This document shows positions 1 through 8,589 of a stretch of DNA of 34,517 bases, piece after piece (positions within the stretch are counted from its first letter, which is position 1; each line of letters starts with the position of its first letter). The notes below the pieces were generated by a model, which had not been told where the DNA came from, did not search any database, and saw only the letters and a list, made by a program, of their open reading frames with translations. The stretch lies in the NCBI GenBank assembly GCA_045863295.1, contig BTWA01000049.1, forward strand, positions 1 to 34,517. Reading direction: 5' to 3'. A program made the translations under genes and the position numbers. This DNA comes from Candidatus Hydrogenedentota bacterium. GTDB taxonomy: Bacteria; Hydrogenedentota; Hydrogenedentia; Hydrogenedentales; SLHB01.

Positions 1-562
1 GGCGTTCGCGTTCCCGATCATCGTGTTCCAACGCCGCGATCGCCTGCTCCAAATCGCGCAACCGCTTCACCTGCTCCGCGACACGTGCCACTGCGGTCTC
101 AGTCCCGGCATAGGCATCAAGCAGATCAAGCTGCCGGTCGGACAACAACAGCGATTGATGCTCATGCTGGCCGTGCAAATCCACCAATTCATCCCCAATC
201 GCCGCAAGCACCGTCAAGGGCACAATTGTGCCGCACGCATGCGCCCGGCTTCGGCCGTCGGCCCCAATCGTCCGCGAAAGAATCAGTTCCCCGGCATCCA
301 GCTCAAGGTCATTTTCCGCCAGCAGCCGCTTCAAGCGCGGAGGTACCTTTGACAATCGGAAAACGGCGTCAATCTTCGCCTTGGCCGCCCCCTCCCGTAC
401 CGCCTCGCTCGAAGCACGAGCCCCAAGCACAAGACTCAAAGCATCGATGATAATCGACTTCCCCGCCCCCGTCTCCCCCGTCAACACGTTGAACCCGCCC
501 GCGAGTTCAATCTCCAGGTCGTCAATCAAGGCATAGTTCTGTATGTGAATTGTTTCCAACAT
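1..562 (-). CDS. recN: DNA repair protein RecN, N-terminal part (runs off the window edge)
   Basis: Not in the ORF track because it has no stop in the window. Manual translation from ATG at 562 gives MLETIHIQNYALIDDLEIELAGGFNVLTGETGAGKSIIIDAL... (Walker A) and ...LVDLHGQHEHQSLL..., both RecN hallmarks. The + strand ORFs here are shadows. Confidence 0.95.
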   Translation of the reverse strand, partial: MLETIHIQNYALIDDLEIELAGGFNVLTGETGAGKSIIIDALSLVLGARASSEAVREGAAKAKIDAVFRLSKVPPRLKRLLAENDLELDAGELILSRTIGADGRSRAHACGTIVPLTVLAAIGDELVDLHGQHEHQSLLLSDRQLDLLDAYAGTETAVARVAEQVKRLRDLEQAIAALEHDDRERER

Positions 563-573
563 AAGGAGGCGAG

Positions 574-602
574 ATTATACGAGACCAGCCCGGCCGGGAC
601 AA
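574..602 (-). promoter_or_regulatory. sigma70-type promoter for recN (TTGTCC-17-TATAAT)
   Basis: On the minus strand: -35 TTGTCC (602-597), 17-nt spacer, perfect -10 TATAAT (579-574), ending 11 nt before the ATG. Confidence 0.7.
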
Positions 603-856
603 CGCCGCGTGTGGCTACTTTGGATCAGGGCTCATGCCCGCACGCCTACCTAGTTGTTACGGGTACATCCGCCGAGTATTCATACCCTGACTTTCAACAA
701 AGCGGCCACGCACACGCGATTCCCGCCCCAGCAACTCGGTGCTTCATGAATAACTTGTTCTTGCAAGCCCATGTCCTGTACGCGCCCGTATCCATCTATC
801 CATAGGATCAATGCAACGGAAAACATCGAATAACAGCTTACGCAGAGTTTAATCGC

Positions 857-1795
857 TCATTTTACCAGTGGTTGAAACTTCTGAATACGATGGTTTTCTG
901 TATCTGCCACATATACGGATCCATCTGGAGCAGTTGCGATACCACCAGGGCGTCGAAAATGGCCGTCGCACCAGCCCCAGAATCCAAACCTGGACACAAA
1001 CTCGCCAGACTCTGTAAATAGTTGAATGCGATGATTGCCTGCATCCGCAATGTACACGGTTCCTCCAGAGCTTACGGCCACGTCTTCTGGATATTGAAAG
1101 CGGCCACTACACCAACCCGTTGATCCCCATTGAGATATAAACTGTCCTGAGGCCGAAAACCTCTGTACGCGATCATTGAAGAACTCCACGGTATAAATTG
1201 AACCATCCGGTCCGACCGCCACGTCAATTGGCGCGGAAAACTGCCCATCACTGCTTCCCTCGCTGCCCCATTTCGAAACGAATACCCCGGAATCCGTGAA
1301 TCTCTGAATTCGATCATTGGAAATGTCGGCAACATATACCGACCCGTCAGGAGCAACGCCCAAACCCGATGGGCCATAAAACTGCCCATCGCCGGTTCCC
1401 GCGGTTCCCCATTTCGTCAAGAAGGTTCCGGACGACGTAAACTTTTGAATTCGGTCATTGTTCATGTCAGCTACGTACACCGAACCGTCAGGCCCGACCG
1501 CAATACTGTAGGGACCGTGAAACTGCCCGTCTCCATGGCCAAATTCCCCCCACTTCGTTACAAACTCTCCGGACGATGTAAACTTCTGTATGCGGTTATT
1601 ATTAAAATCCACTACGTACACCGATCCGTCTGCACCTACGGCCACATCATAAGGATAGCTGAACTGGCCATCTCCTGCTCCTTCAGTACCCCAATTGAGG
1701 ACAAACCCCCCGCTCACAGGATCCAATGGACATGAAACGCCCACTAGCATCAAACCGGCTAACAAAATTGTGCATCCATTGCGTAAACCAGACAT
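857..1795 (-). CDS. NHL-repeat six-bladed beta-propeller protein, probable lipoprotein
   Basis: Six ~47-aa repeats of the form WGxxGxxDGQFxxPxxxAVxxDGSVYVADxxNxRIQKF. The N-terminal hydrophobic stretch ends in VGVS-C (lipobox-like). Confidence 0.9.
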   Translation of the reverse strand: MSGLRNGCTILLAGLMLVGVSCPLDPVSGGFVLNWGTEGAGDGQFSYPYDVAVGADGSVYVVDFNNNRIQKFTSSGEFVTKWGEFGHGDGQFHGPYSIAVGPDGSVYVADMNNDRIQKFTSSGTFLTKWGTAGTGDGQFYGPSGLGVAPDGSVYVADISNDRIQRFTDSGVFVSKWGSEGSSDGQFSAPIDVAVGPDGSIYTVEFFNDRVQRFSASGQFISQWGSTGWCSGRFQYPEDVAVSSGGTVYIADAGNHRIQLFTESGEFVSRFGFWGWCDGHFRRPGGIATAPDGSVYVADTENHRIQKFQPLVK

Positions 1796-1998
1796 CCTAC
1801 TCCCCCCTTCTGCAAATGAGCCAAGTACTTTGCTTTCTGCGGAAAACCAAAGGCCAATGACTGGAGACGGCTAAACAATCTTGTCCCACACATTCTATTG
1901 TGGAAAATATACTCCACATTTAAAACAGTAGCAATGCAAAAGATATCTTATGGTAGAACCTTATCCGTACGACGCTGAAAGAGAACCGTAACGCATCC

Positions 1999-2745
1999 CT
2001 AGTGACCATACATACAACTATCAAGCCCAAGGTACGCCAGAAACTCCACATTCCCCGCCGGACCCACCAGCGGCGATTCAACTACACCGCGCTTCTCAAA
2101 TCCCAACTTCCCCGCCGCTTCTAGCACTTCCTCAATCACCCGCTGGTGTACTTCCGGATCGCGCACGACGCCGCCCTTCCCCACGTCGGCCTTGCCTGCT
2201 TCGAACTGCGGTTTGATTAACACAACGCCTTCCGCACCGGGTGCGATCAACGCCTTCAATGGCGGCAACACAAGACGGAGGGAAATAAAAGAGCAGTCGG
2301 CAACGAAGAACGTTGGCTTCTCGGAAAGGGCTTCCGGTTTGAGTTGCCGGATATTGGTGCGTTCCATCACCACCACGCGCGGGTCCTGACGCAGCTTCCA
2401 GGCCAGTTGACCATACCCTACGTCCACCGAATACACCCGCGCAGCGCCGTGGTGCAACAGGCAATCCGTGAAACCGCCCGTCGAAGCGCCTACGTCAATG
2501 GCCACCCGGCCTTCGACGTTCAACGCAAACGCGGTCAATGCGCCCTCCAGCTTGTCACCCCCGCGGCTTACATAGTTAGGCTCGGCCACTATACGCAGTT
2601 CGATCCCGTCGTCCACGCGCAATCCAGCCTTGTCCAACCTCCGCCCGTCAGCATCCAATACATGTCCAGACTGGATGATCGCCTGCGCTTTTGCTCGGCT
2701 GACCCCTAACCGTGCCTGTACAATTACGTCAAGCCGCTCTTTCAT
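1999..2745 (-). CDS. tlyA: TlyA family rRNA (cytidine-2'-O)-methyltransferase (S4 + FtsJ domains)
   Basis: KERLDV S4 start, YVSRGGDKL, DVGASTGGFTD, VDVGYGQL, LIKPQFE and GNVEFL motifs. Confidence 0.95.
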   Translation of the reverse strand: MKERLDVIVQARLGVSRAKAQAIIQSGHVLDADGRRLDKAGLRVDDGIELRIVAEPNYVSRGGDKLEGALTAFALNVEGRVAIDVGASTGGFTDCLLHHGAARVYSVDVGYGQLAWKLRQDPRVVVMERTNIRQLKPEALSEKPTFFVADCSFISLRLVLPPLKALIAPGAEGVVLIKPQFEAGKADVGKGGVVRDPEVHQRVIEEVLEAAGKLGFEKRGVVESPLVGPAGNVEFLAYLGLDSCMYGH

Positions 2746-2839
2746 CGTTCCAACTCTGGCCTCTCCTGGCTTGCGGCTATGAAGGTCTTTGCACCACGCA
2801 CGCCTAAAGCGTGGCGAAAAATACGGGCCAACCGGCTTG

Positions 2840-3658
2840 CTACTTGCCCTTGGCTAAACCAAGGTATCTGAGACTTGCCCCGGTATGCTTCCCGGTTTCG
2901 AGTACATACGTCAATGGAAGGCGGGTCCGCTTGAGGAGGGAAATGGCGCGTGGAATATCCAGAACTCCCTGGCCCAAGCCCAGGTGATCGTCCAGTTCTC
3001 CCATGCAATCGTTAATATGAACGTGCCGCAAATGCGGACCATAGGCATCAACCCACGCACCAAAATCGATATCGGAAAATATCTCCGCGTGGGCCACATC
3101 AAGACACAGCTTCAAATGAGGCGAATCGAATTCCTTCGCCAGCGCGCTCACAGGCTGTGGGGAATCGTCAAACATATTCTCCAGGTAAATCGGGATGTTT
3201 TTCCGCTCGGCAAGCGCAATGAACTCCGGCCAGAAGCGAAGACTCTGCTCATGGTAAAGCCTCGGATAAATGGGCACTTTGATCGATGGGTTGTACTGGC
3301 TGTGAAAAACAATGTAACGCGCCTCGAACAATTCCGCCAATTCAAACGCCTGATGGTAGCGCCGCCGGGCAACGGCCGCAATCTCCGGATCCGTGCTGTA
3401 ATGCACCGTATCGATAAACGCCCCGTGGAATCCTATGGTCCCTTTCAGATCCTGAAGTCGCTTCTTGAACCTGCGTGCGGCAGCCATGACATCGCCAGAC
3501 AGGTGTTCCGGCAGCATGAAACACTGCACTTCACAACCGATGCCCGCCTCGCGCGCACATCGCAATTCATGGGCAAGATTCGCCAGCGCCGCAACCATCA
3601 CCTGGCCACGGGCGATATGAGGGGCTTTGCGCGTAACGGCCGTTGATTTATTGGACAT
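2840..3658 (-). CDS. Sugar-phosphate isomerase/epimerase / AP-endonuclease-2 family TIM-barrel metalloprotein
   Basis: Motifs FHGAF, IVFH, LENMF, CLDVAH, HVHIND, DDHLGLGQG and LET. Start moved to ATG 3658 (MSNKSTAV), which overlaps the mltG stop; the ORF-track upstream extension lies inside mltG. Confidence 0.8.
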   Translation of the reverse strand: MSNKSTAVTRKAPHIARGQVMVAALANLAHELRCAREAGIGCEVQCFMLPEHLSGDVMAAARRFKKRLQDLKGTIGFHGAFIDTVHYSTDPEIAAVARRRYHQAFELAELFEARYIVFHSQYNPSIKVPIYPRLYHEQSLRFWPEFIALAERKNIPIYLENMFDDSPQPVSALAKEFDSPHLKLCLDVAHAEIFSDIDFGAWVDAYGPHLRHVHINDCMGELDDHLGLGQGVLDIPRAISLLKRTRLPLTYVLETGKHTGASLRYLGLAKGK

Positions 3659-4766
3659 CGTTTCGCTGCTGTTGTTCGCGCCGTTGCTCGGCGATTTCCC
3701 GACGGAACCGGGCCACGGCCTGATTGTGTTCCTGTAACGTGTTGCTGAACGTGTGCGTCTTGCCATCGGCATTGGAAACAAAGTACAGGTAGCTCACCTC
3801 GGCCGGCTGCAATGCCGCCCGGATAGCCGCCACACCCGGATTCGATATCGGCCCAGGCGGCAATCCCCCATTCTTATATGAATTGTAAGGCGATTCAACC
3901 TGCTTGTCGGCGTCCAGCAATCGCTGCCCATACTTATTCAACGCGTACTGCAAAGTCGAGTCCATGTCTAACGTCATCCGGCTTTTCAACCGGTTGTAAA
4001 TAACCGCCGCCACGAGAGGACGCTCCGAATCCACTTTGGACTCCTCTTCCACAAGAGATGCCACCGTAAGGACTTCGAGCACGTCCCGATCGCCCGCGCC
4101 AGGAATTTCCCGCCGCAACGCCTCGTACGTTTCCTGAAAATGGGCAAACATCCGCTCAACAACTTCTCGTTCGGTGGGCTTCTTGTCAAAAAAATACGTG
4201 TCCGGCATCAGGAAGCCTTCTAAAGTCGGACGCTCAATCCCTGCCTGAGCGATCAAATCAGGATCAGATGCGGCGGCGAGAAATGCCTCCGGATGGTCAA
4301 ACAATGCCGACTGCTGCGCCAGTGAAAGCCCCTCGGCAACCCTCACCTTCAGTTCATCCGGAATGTCCTCAGGCCGAAATGCCGTGTTGGGACCTTTGTA
4401 CAACTCGTGAAGCAACTCGATGGGCGAAAGCCCCCTGGCCAACTCGTAATGACCATGCTTGATTACGCCCCCTTGTTTGTCAATCCGCAACGCAATCCAA
4501 TAAAACCACTCGGTCTCGATCAAGCCGTGTTCGCGCAAGATCGGCGCCACCTGTTTGACCGTAATTCCTTCGGGGATGGTGATGGTCACCGTCGCCCCGG
4601 GCACCCCCGGCCGCGTAATATGATCATAAACCATGTACGCACCTAACCCGCCCGCAATCGCCAGCAGGGCGAGGCACACAAGCCCAATCAATACCAACCG
4701 GAAAAGCCAACGAAAACAGCCGGCGCCACGTTTCGGCGGGGCGGAGTTTTGCGCCGTTTCGCTCAT
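3648..4766 (-). CDS. mltG: Endolytic murein transglycosylase MltG (YceG)
   Basis: N-terminal TM helix, LEGFLMPDTY, ASLVEEE, VAAVIYNRL, SPYNSY, GLPPGPISNPG and YLYFV; conserved alaS-ruvX-mltG order. Confidence 0.95.
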   Translation of the reverse strand: MSETAQNSAPPKRGAGCFRWLFRLVLIGLVCLALLAIAGGLGAYMVYDHITRPGVPGATVTITIPEGITVKQVAPILREHGLIETEWFYWIALRIDKQGGVIKHGHYELARGLSPIELLHELYKGPNTAFRPEDIPDELKVRVAEGLSLAQQSALFDHPEAFLAAASDPDLIAQAGIERPTLEGFLMPDTYFFDKKPTEREVVERMFAHFQETYEALRREIPGAGDRDVLEVLTVASLVEEESKVDSERPLVAAVIYNRLKSRMTLDMDSTLQYALNKYGQRLLDADKQVESPYNSYKNGGLPPGPISNPGVAAIRAALQPAEVSYLYFVSNADGKTHTFSNTLQEHNQAVARFRREIAEQRREQQQRNDVQ

Positions 4767-5209
4767 GCCCGGGTCTGATTTCCTTGGTGCGCGCTCCGAT
4801 CCAAATACGTCTGGAGCAACTGCTGGGCCGCAATCTGGTCCACAATGCCCTTTCGCTTGTCCCGCTTTACGCCCATGTCGCTCATGCTGCGCCGAGCAAT
4901 CGCAGTCGTAAATCGCTCATCAACAAGCTCCACGGGCACGCCAAGGGCCTCGCGCAAGGCCTCGGCAAATTTCACCGACTTGCGTGACTGCGCATTCTCG
5001 GATCCATCCTGGCTCAATGGAAGGCCCACCACCACTCGAACCGACCCTGTTTCCTCAACAACGCGACCCACCGCCCCCACATCTTTCCGCAGAGACACGC
5101 ACTGTATGGTTTCCTTGGGATGAGCCATCATGCCAAGCGCATCGCTCACCGCAACGCCTATACGCACGTCACCAACGTCCAATCCCAGGATTCGACCGCA
5201 TTCACCCAA
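4763..5209 (-). CDS. ruvX: YqgF/RuvX family RNase H-like nuclease (pre-16S rRNA nuclease)
   Basis: LGLDVGDVRIGVAVSD, VVVGLP, DERFTT and VDQIAAQQLLQTYL motifs; TTG start; directly follows alaS. Confidence 0.95.
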   Translation of the reverse strand: MGECGRILGLDVGDVRIGVAVSDALGMMAHPKETIQCVSLRKDVGAVGRVVEETGSVRVVVGLPLSQDGSENAQSRKSVKFAEALREALGVPVELVDERFTTAIARRSMSDMGVKRDKRKGIVDQIAAQQLLQTYLDRSAHQGNQTRA

Positions 5210-5210
5210 C

Positions 5211-7844
5211 CTACGACTCCAATAGGGTCTTTACAACGACAGGCGCCTGCTGCATCGCCTCGGGCAACCGCTCCGGCGTCTTACCGCCCGCCTGCGCCAG
5301 ATCGGGCCGGCCTCCGCCTCCACCACCCACGACCGGGGCCAGGTGTTTCACGATGTCCCCCGCCTTCACACGCGCGTGCAAATCCTTGGATACGCTCACG
5401 CACAAAGCCGCTTTGCCTTCGTACGCGCTCCCGAGCACAATAACTCCCGATCCCAGCTTGTCCTTCAAGGAATCCATTACGGTGCGAAGGCTCGCGGGAT
5501 CCTGCTCGTCGACTTGGGCGGCCAACAACCTGACGCCTCCCACATCCTGCACCTGCGACATATAATCCACGGCACTGCCCGTGGCCGCGGCCTGCTTCCA
5601 TTTCGCCAAGTCCCTGGCGAGACGCTTGTTGTCTTCCATCATCGACTTGAGACGTTCCTCAACATGATCCGGCGTGGTGGCCAAAAGTTGCGCGGCGGTA
5701 GTCAGACTGCGATCACGCTGCTGCACCAGCGACACCGCCGCGTCGCCGCACAAAGCCTCAATTCGCCGGACACCCGCGGAAATTGAGGCCTCATGCACTA
5801 TCTTGAACAGCCCAATCTCGCCCGTGCTGTTCACGTGCGTGCCACCACACAACTCCATGCTGATCGGCTCCACCTTAACCACGCGCACTTCATCTTCGTA
5901 TTTCTCGCCGAACAAAGCCATCGCTCCGGCCGACCGCGCTTCCGTCAACGACATAACATCCGTCTTCACCCGCGTATCGGTGCGGATGAACTGATTCACC
6001 GTGCGCTCAATGTCGCGCAATCGATCGGCGTCCACCGCCTCGAAATGCGTAAAGTCAAACCGCAATCGATCCGGCGATACCAACGAACCGGCCTGATGCA
6101 CATGATCGCCAAGTATCGTGCGCAACGCCGTATGCAACAAATGCGTCGCCGTATGGTGATTCTCCGTCGCCTCGCGCGCATCCGCATTGACCTGTGCCTG
6201 AACATCGTCGCCAACCGAAATCGCACCCTTGACCACTCGAATCGCGTGTACGGTCATTTTCCCCGAGTAGCGCTTCGCGCCCATAACATGCGCGCTGCCC
6301 TCGGAACTTTCAATGAGCCCGGTATCCCCCACCTGTCCGCCGGCTTCCGCATAGAATGGCGTTCGGTCCAGCACCAACTCGCCGTCCTTCCCCTCCGCCA
6401 ACGTGTCAACGCGCTTGCCGGAATGAATCAACGCGACTACCTTGGCACTGCTCGACAGGCTCGAATAGCCCAGAAATTCCGTGTCACCCACTTCGTTGCG
6501 CGTCTGACTGTACACCGGCGAAAGCGCCTGCTCCCCCGATCCGGCCCAGGCACTGCGCGCCTGGTCCTTCTGACGCGCCATCGCCTTCTGGAACCCTTCG
6601 CGGTCCACCTCGTACCCGCGATCCGTCGCAATGTCCGTGGCCAAATCAAGCGGAAATCCGTACGTGTCGTGCAACTTGAACAAGTCGTCGCCGGGAACCA
6701 GCTTCGCACCAGCCTTGTCCATGGCGCAAAACGTTTCTTCAAGCAGATCCATGCCGCGGGCAAGCGTGCTCTGAAACCGCTGCTCCTCCGTCAAAATCAC
6801 CCGCTTGATCTGAACTTCCTTCTCCTTCAACTCCGGATACTGATGGGAGAATCGCGCGATGACCGTATCGCATACCTGATTCAAAAACGGATCCGTAAGC
6901 CCAATCTCACGGCCAAAACGCGCGGCACGGCGCAATAACCGCCGCTCCACATACCCTCGGCCTTCATTCCCCGGCAACACGCCATCCGCAATCATGAACG
7001 ACAGCGCACGCACATGATCCGCAATCACCCGAAACGGAACGGGATTCAATGCATACTTCACTTTGCTCAACGTCTCGGTGTGTTCAATAATCGGGTATAG
7101 TGCATCCGTGTCGAATACGGTCTCTTTGCCCTGCAATAACGCCGCCAGCCGTTCCAGGCCCATGCCCGTATCAATGCCCCGGTTCTTCAAGGGGGGACGC
7201 GACCCGTCCATCTGCTGATCAAACTGGGGAAACACCAGATTCCAGAACTCCAGAAAACGCTCGTTCGGATCGTTCTCCAGGGTCGCCGACGGATCAATCT
7301 CCTCGCCCTTGTCAAAGAGCAACTCCGAACACGGCCCGCACGCCCCGGTATCTCCCGCGGGTCCCCAGAAATTGTCTTTCGCGCCGAGCCGCACTATCCG
7401 CCCCCCGGGCAAGCCAATTTCCTTCTCCCAAATCGCGTGCGCTTCGTCGTCATCGAGATAGACTGATACCCAAATGCGATCGCCCGGCAGTTTCAACACC
7501 TCGGTCGAGTATTTCCAGGCCCATTCAATGGCTTCACGCTTGAAATAATCGCCAAAGGAAAAATTGCCCAGCATCTCAAAAAACGTCAGGTGGCGGGAGG
7601 TCTTGCCCACCTCGTCCAAATCGTTCGCCTTGCCGCCCGCCCGAAGACACTTCTGCGAAGTCGCGGCCCGCGTATACGGTACCGGCACCTCTCCCGTATA
7701 GAGCGACTTGAACTGAACCATCCCGGCACTGGTAAATAGCAGCGTGGGATCGTTCCCAGGCACAATCTTGTCGCTGCGCTCAATGTAATGACCGCGCTCG
7801 CGGAAAAACTCAAGATACGATCCCCGAATATCATCTATCTTCAC
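5211..7844 (-). CDS. alaS: Alanine--tRNA ligase
   Basis: DPTLLFTSAGMVQFK, TFFEMLGNFSFGDYFK, IDTGMGLER, editing-domain HHTATHLLH and ELCGGTH, and C-terminal GGGGGGRPDLAQAGG. The likely start is GTG at 7844 with GGAGA RBS, not the ORF-track start at 8081. Confidence 0.97.
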   Translation of the reverse strand: MKIDDIRGSYLEFFRERGHYIERSDKIVPGNDPTLLFTSAGMVQFKSLYTGEVPVPYTRAATSQKCLRAGGKANDLDEVGKTSRHLTFFEMLGNFSFGDYFKREAIEWAWKYSTEVLKLPGDRIWVSVYLDDDEAHAIWEKEIGLPGGRIVRLGAKDNFWGPAGDTGACGPCSELLFDKGEEIDPSATLENDPNERFLEFWNLVFPQFDQQMDGSRPPLKNRGIDTGMGLERLAALLQGKETVFDTDALYPIIEHTETLSKVKYALNPVPFRVIADHVRALSFMIADGVLPGNEGRGYVERRLLRRAARFGREIGLTDPFLNQVCDTVIARFSHQYPELKEKEVQIKRVILTEEQRFQSTLARGMDLLEETFCAMDKAGAKLVPGDDLFKLHDTYGFPLDLATDIATDRGYEVDREGFQKAMARQKDQARSAWAGSGEQALSPVYSQTRNEVGDTEFLGYSSLSSSAKVVALIHSGKRVDTLAEGKDGELVLDRTPFYAEAGGQVGDTGLIESSEGSAHVMGAKRYSGKMTVHAIRVVKGAISVGDDVQAQVNADAREATENHHTATHLLHTALRTILGDHVHQAGSLVSPDRLRFDFTHFEAVDADRLRDIERTVNQFIRTDTRVKTDVMSLTEARSAGAMALFGEKYEDEVRVVKVEPISMELCGGTHVNSTGEIGLFKIVHEASISAGVRRIEALCGDAAVSLVQQRDRSLTTAAQLLATTPDHVEERLKSMMEDNKRLARDLAKWKQAAATGSAVDYMSQVQDVGGVRLLAAQVDEQDPASLRTVMDSLKDKLGSGVIVLGSAYEGKAALCVSVSKDLHARVKAGDIVKHLAPVVGGGGGGRPDLAQAGGKTPERLPEAMQQAPVVVKTLLES

Positions 7845-7855
7845 AAACCGTCTCC

Positions 7856-7904
7856 AAAAAATACGCGACGCCCCGGACCTGCTCGACGCGGCCAGGTAGT
7901 CGCG
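7856..7904 (-). terminator. Terminator-like hairpin plus U-tract in the alaS 5' leader
   Basis: Minus strand CGCGAC...GTCGCG outer stem with inner ACCTG/CAGGT, followed by TATTTTTT immediately before the alaS RBS. Confidence 0.4.
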
Positions 7905-7979
7905 AATCAGAAGCTGCCATGAGTTGCTGCTCACAGGGCATTCGGGTCGGCGATTACAACCCCACGCGCCCTTGCCAAA

Positions 7980-8008
7980 GACATACCAAAATGGCCGTTT
8001 TTTTTCAA
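7980..8008 (-). promoter_or_regulatory. Putative promoter for the alaS operon (TTGAAA-17-TATGTC, extended TG)
   Basis: -35 TTGAAA (8008-8003), 17-nt spacer ending TGG, imperfect -10 TATGTC (7985-7980). Confidence 0.45.
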
Positions 8009-8281
8009 TTTTTGGCCAAAATGACGGCCCTTGCCACCCACGTTTCTCGCAACAATGCACATCGGACCTCGTCAGCGTCATTTCCGTTTTTTTAAAAAAT
8101 CGGGGGCAGTATCAGCGAATTGCGTGTAACATCACGATTAATTGTTTGTAAATAGTTTATGTACACGTATGCCATTGCACAGTAGAGTATTAGGGTTTTC
8201 AACGAATATGACTCGCCCTACCGGCTACCGGATTGTCGGAGTGTAAAATTCAAACAAAACACGGTGCGCATACCCAAGGGC

Positions 8282-8311
8282 TTGACAGCGCCTTTTCCAC
8301 TATGGTATAAG
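8282..8311 (+). promoter_or_regulatory. sigma70-type promoter for the small ORF (TTGACA-18-TATAAG, extended TG)
   Basis: Perfect -35 TTGACA at 8282-8287, TG at 8303-8304, -10 TATAAG at 8306-8311. Confidence 0.7.
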
Positions 8312-8378
8312 TCATCGATTTTGCGTCACAACCGCGAACTTTCGCGTAAATTAAACGATAGGAAAGGAGGTGAAAGAG

Positions 8379-8522
8379 ATGGAACAGAAGACATGCGCGT
8401 TCTGTAACGAGCACATCGAAGAAATCCTCGTGCATTTCGGCGATGTCCGTATTCTCGACGAAGAATACTGGCATCTGGAATGCTACGCGGAATACTTTGG
8501 CGAGGCCCTGGAAGAAGTCTAA
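8379..8522 (+). CDS. 47-aa acidic microprotein with a CxxC-x22-HxxC (LIM-like) putative zinc finger
   Basis: MEQKTCAFCNEHIEEILVHFGDVRILDEEYWHLECYAEYFGEALEEV*. Preceded by a perfect SD (AAAGGAGGTGA) and a promoter, followed by a terminator. Below the ORF-track length cutoff. Confidence 0.85.
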   Translation: MEQKTCAFCNEHIEEILVHFGDVRILDEEYWHLECYAEYFGEALEEV

Positions 8523-8548
8523 TCACCGCTCCAGGTACATCGGGCACT

Positions 8549-8589
8549 ACGCCACGGCTGGAATACCATTCTCTGCCGGGCGTTTTTTT
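8549..8589 (+). terminator. Rho-independent terminator after the microprotein gene
   Basis: ACGCC-A-CGGC...GCCG-GGCGT imperfect stem with inner GAAT/ATTC pairing, followed by a run of T to 8589. Confidence 0.75.

Noticed and set aside
23..805. Plus-strand ORFs 23-352, 85-450, 228-536 and 545-805
   Set aside because: The first three are antisense shadows of recN; the last has no RBS or recognisable motif.
7845..8081. T-box riboswitch or N-terminal extension of AlaS
   Set aside because: No T-box consensus; AlaS homology begins at GTG 7844 with an RBS, and the extension spans the promoter region.
8010..8280. Replication origin at the AT-rich strand-divergence point, or a GC-skew switch
   Set aside because: No convincing DnaA-box cluster and no dnaA/dnaN. 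Spot counts of G versus C are explained by coding-strand bias; a cumulative skew plot would be needed.
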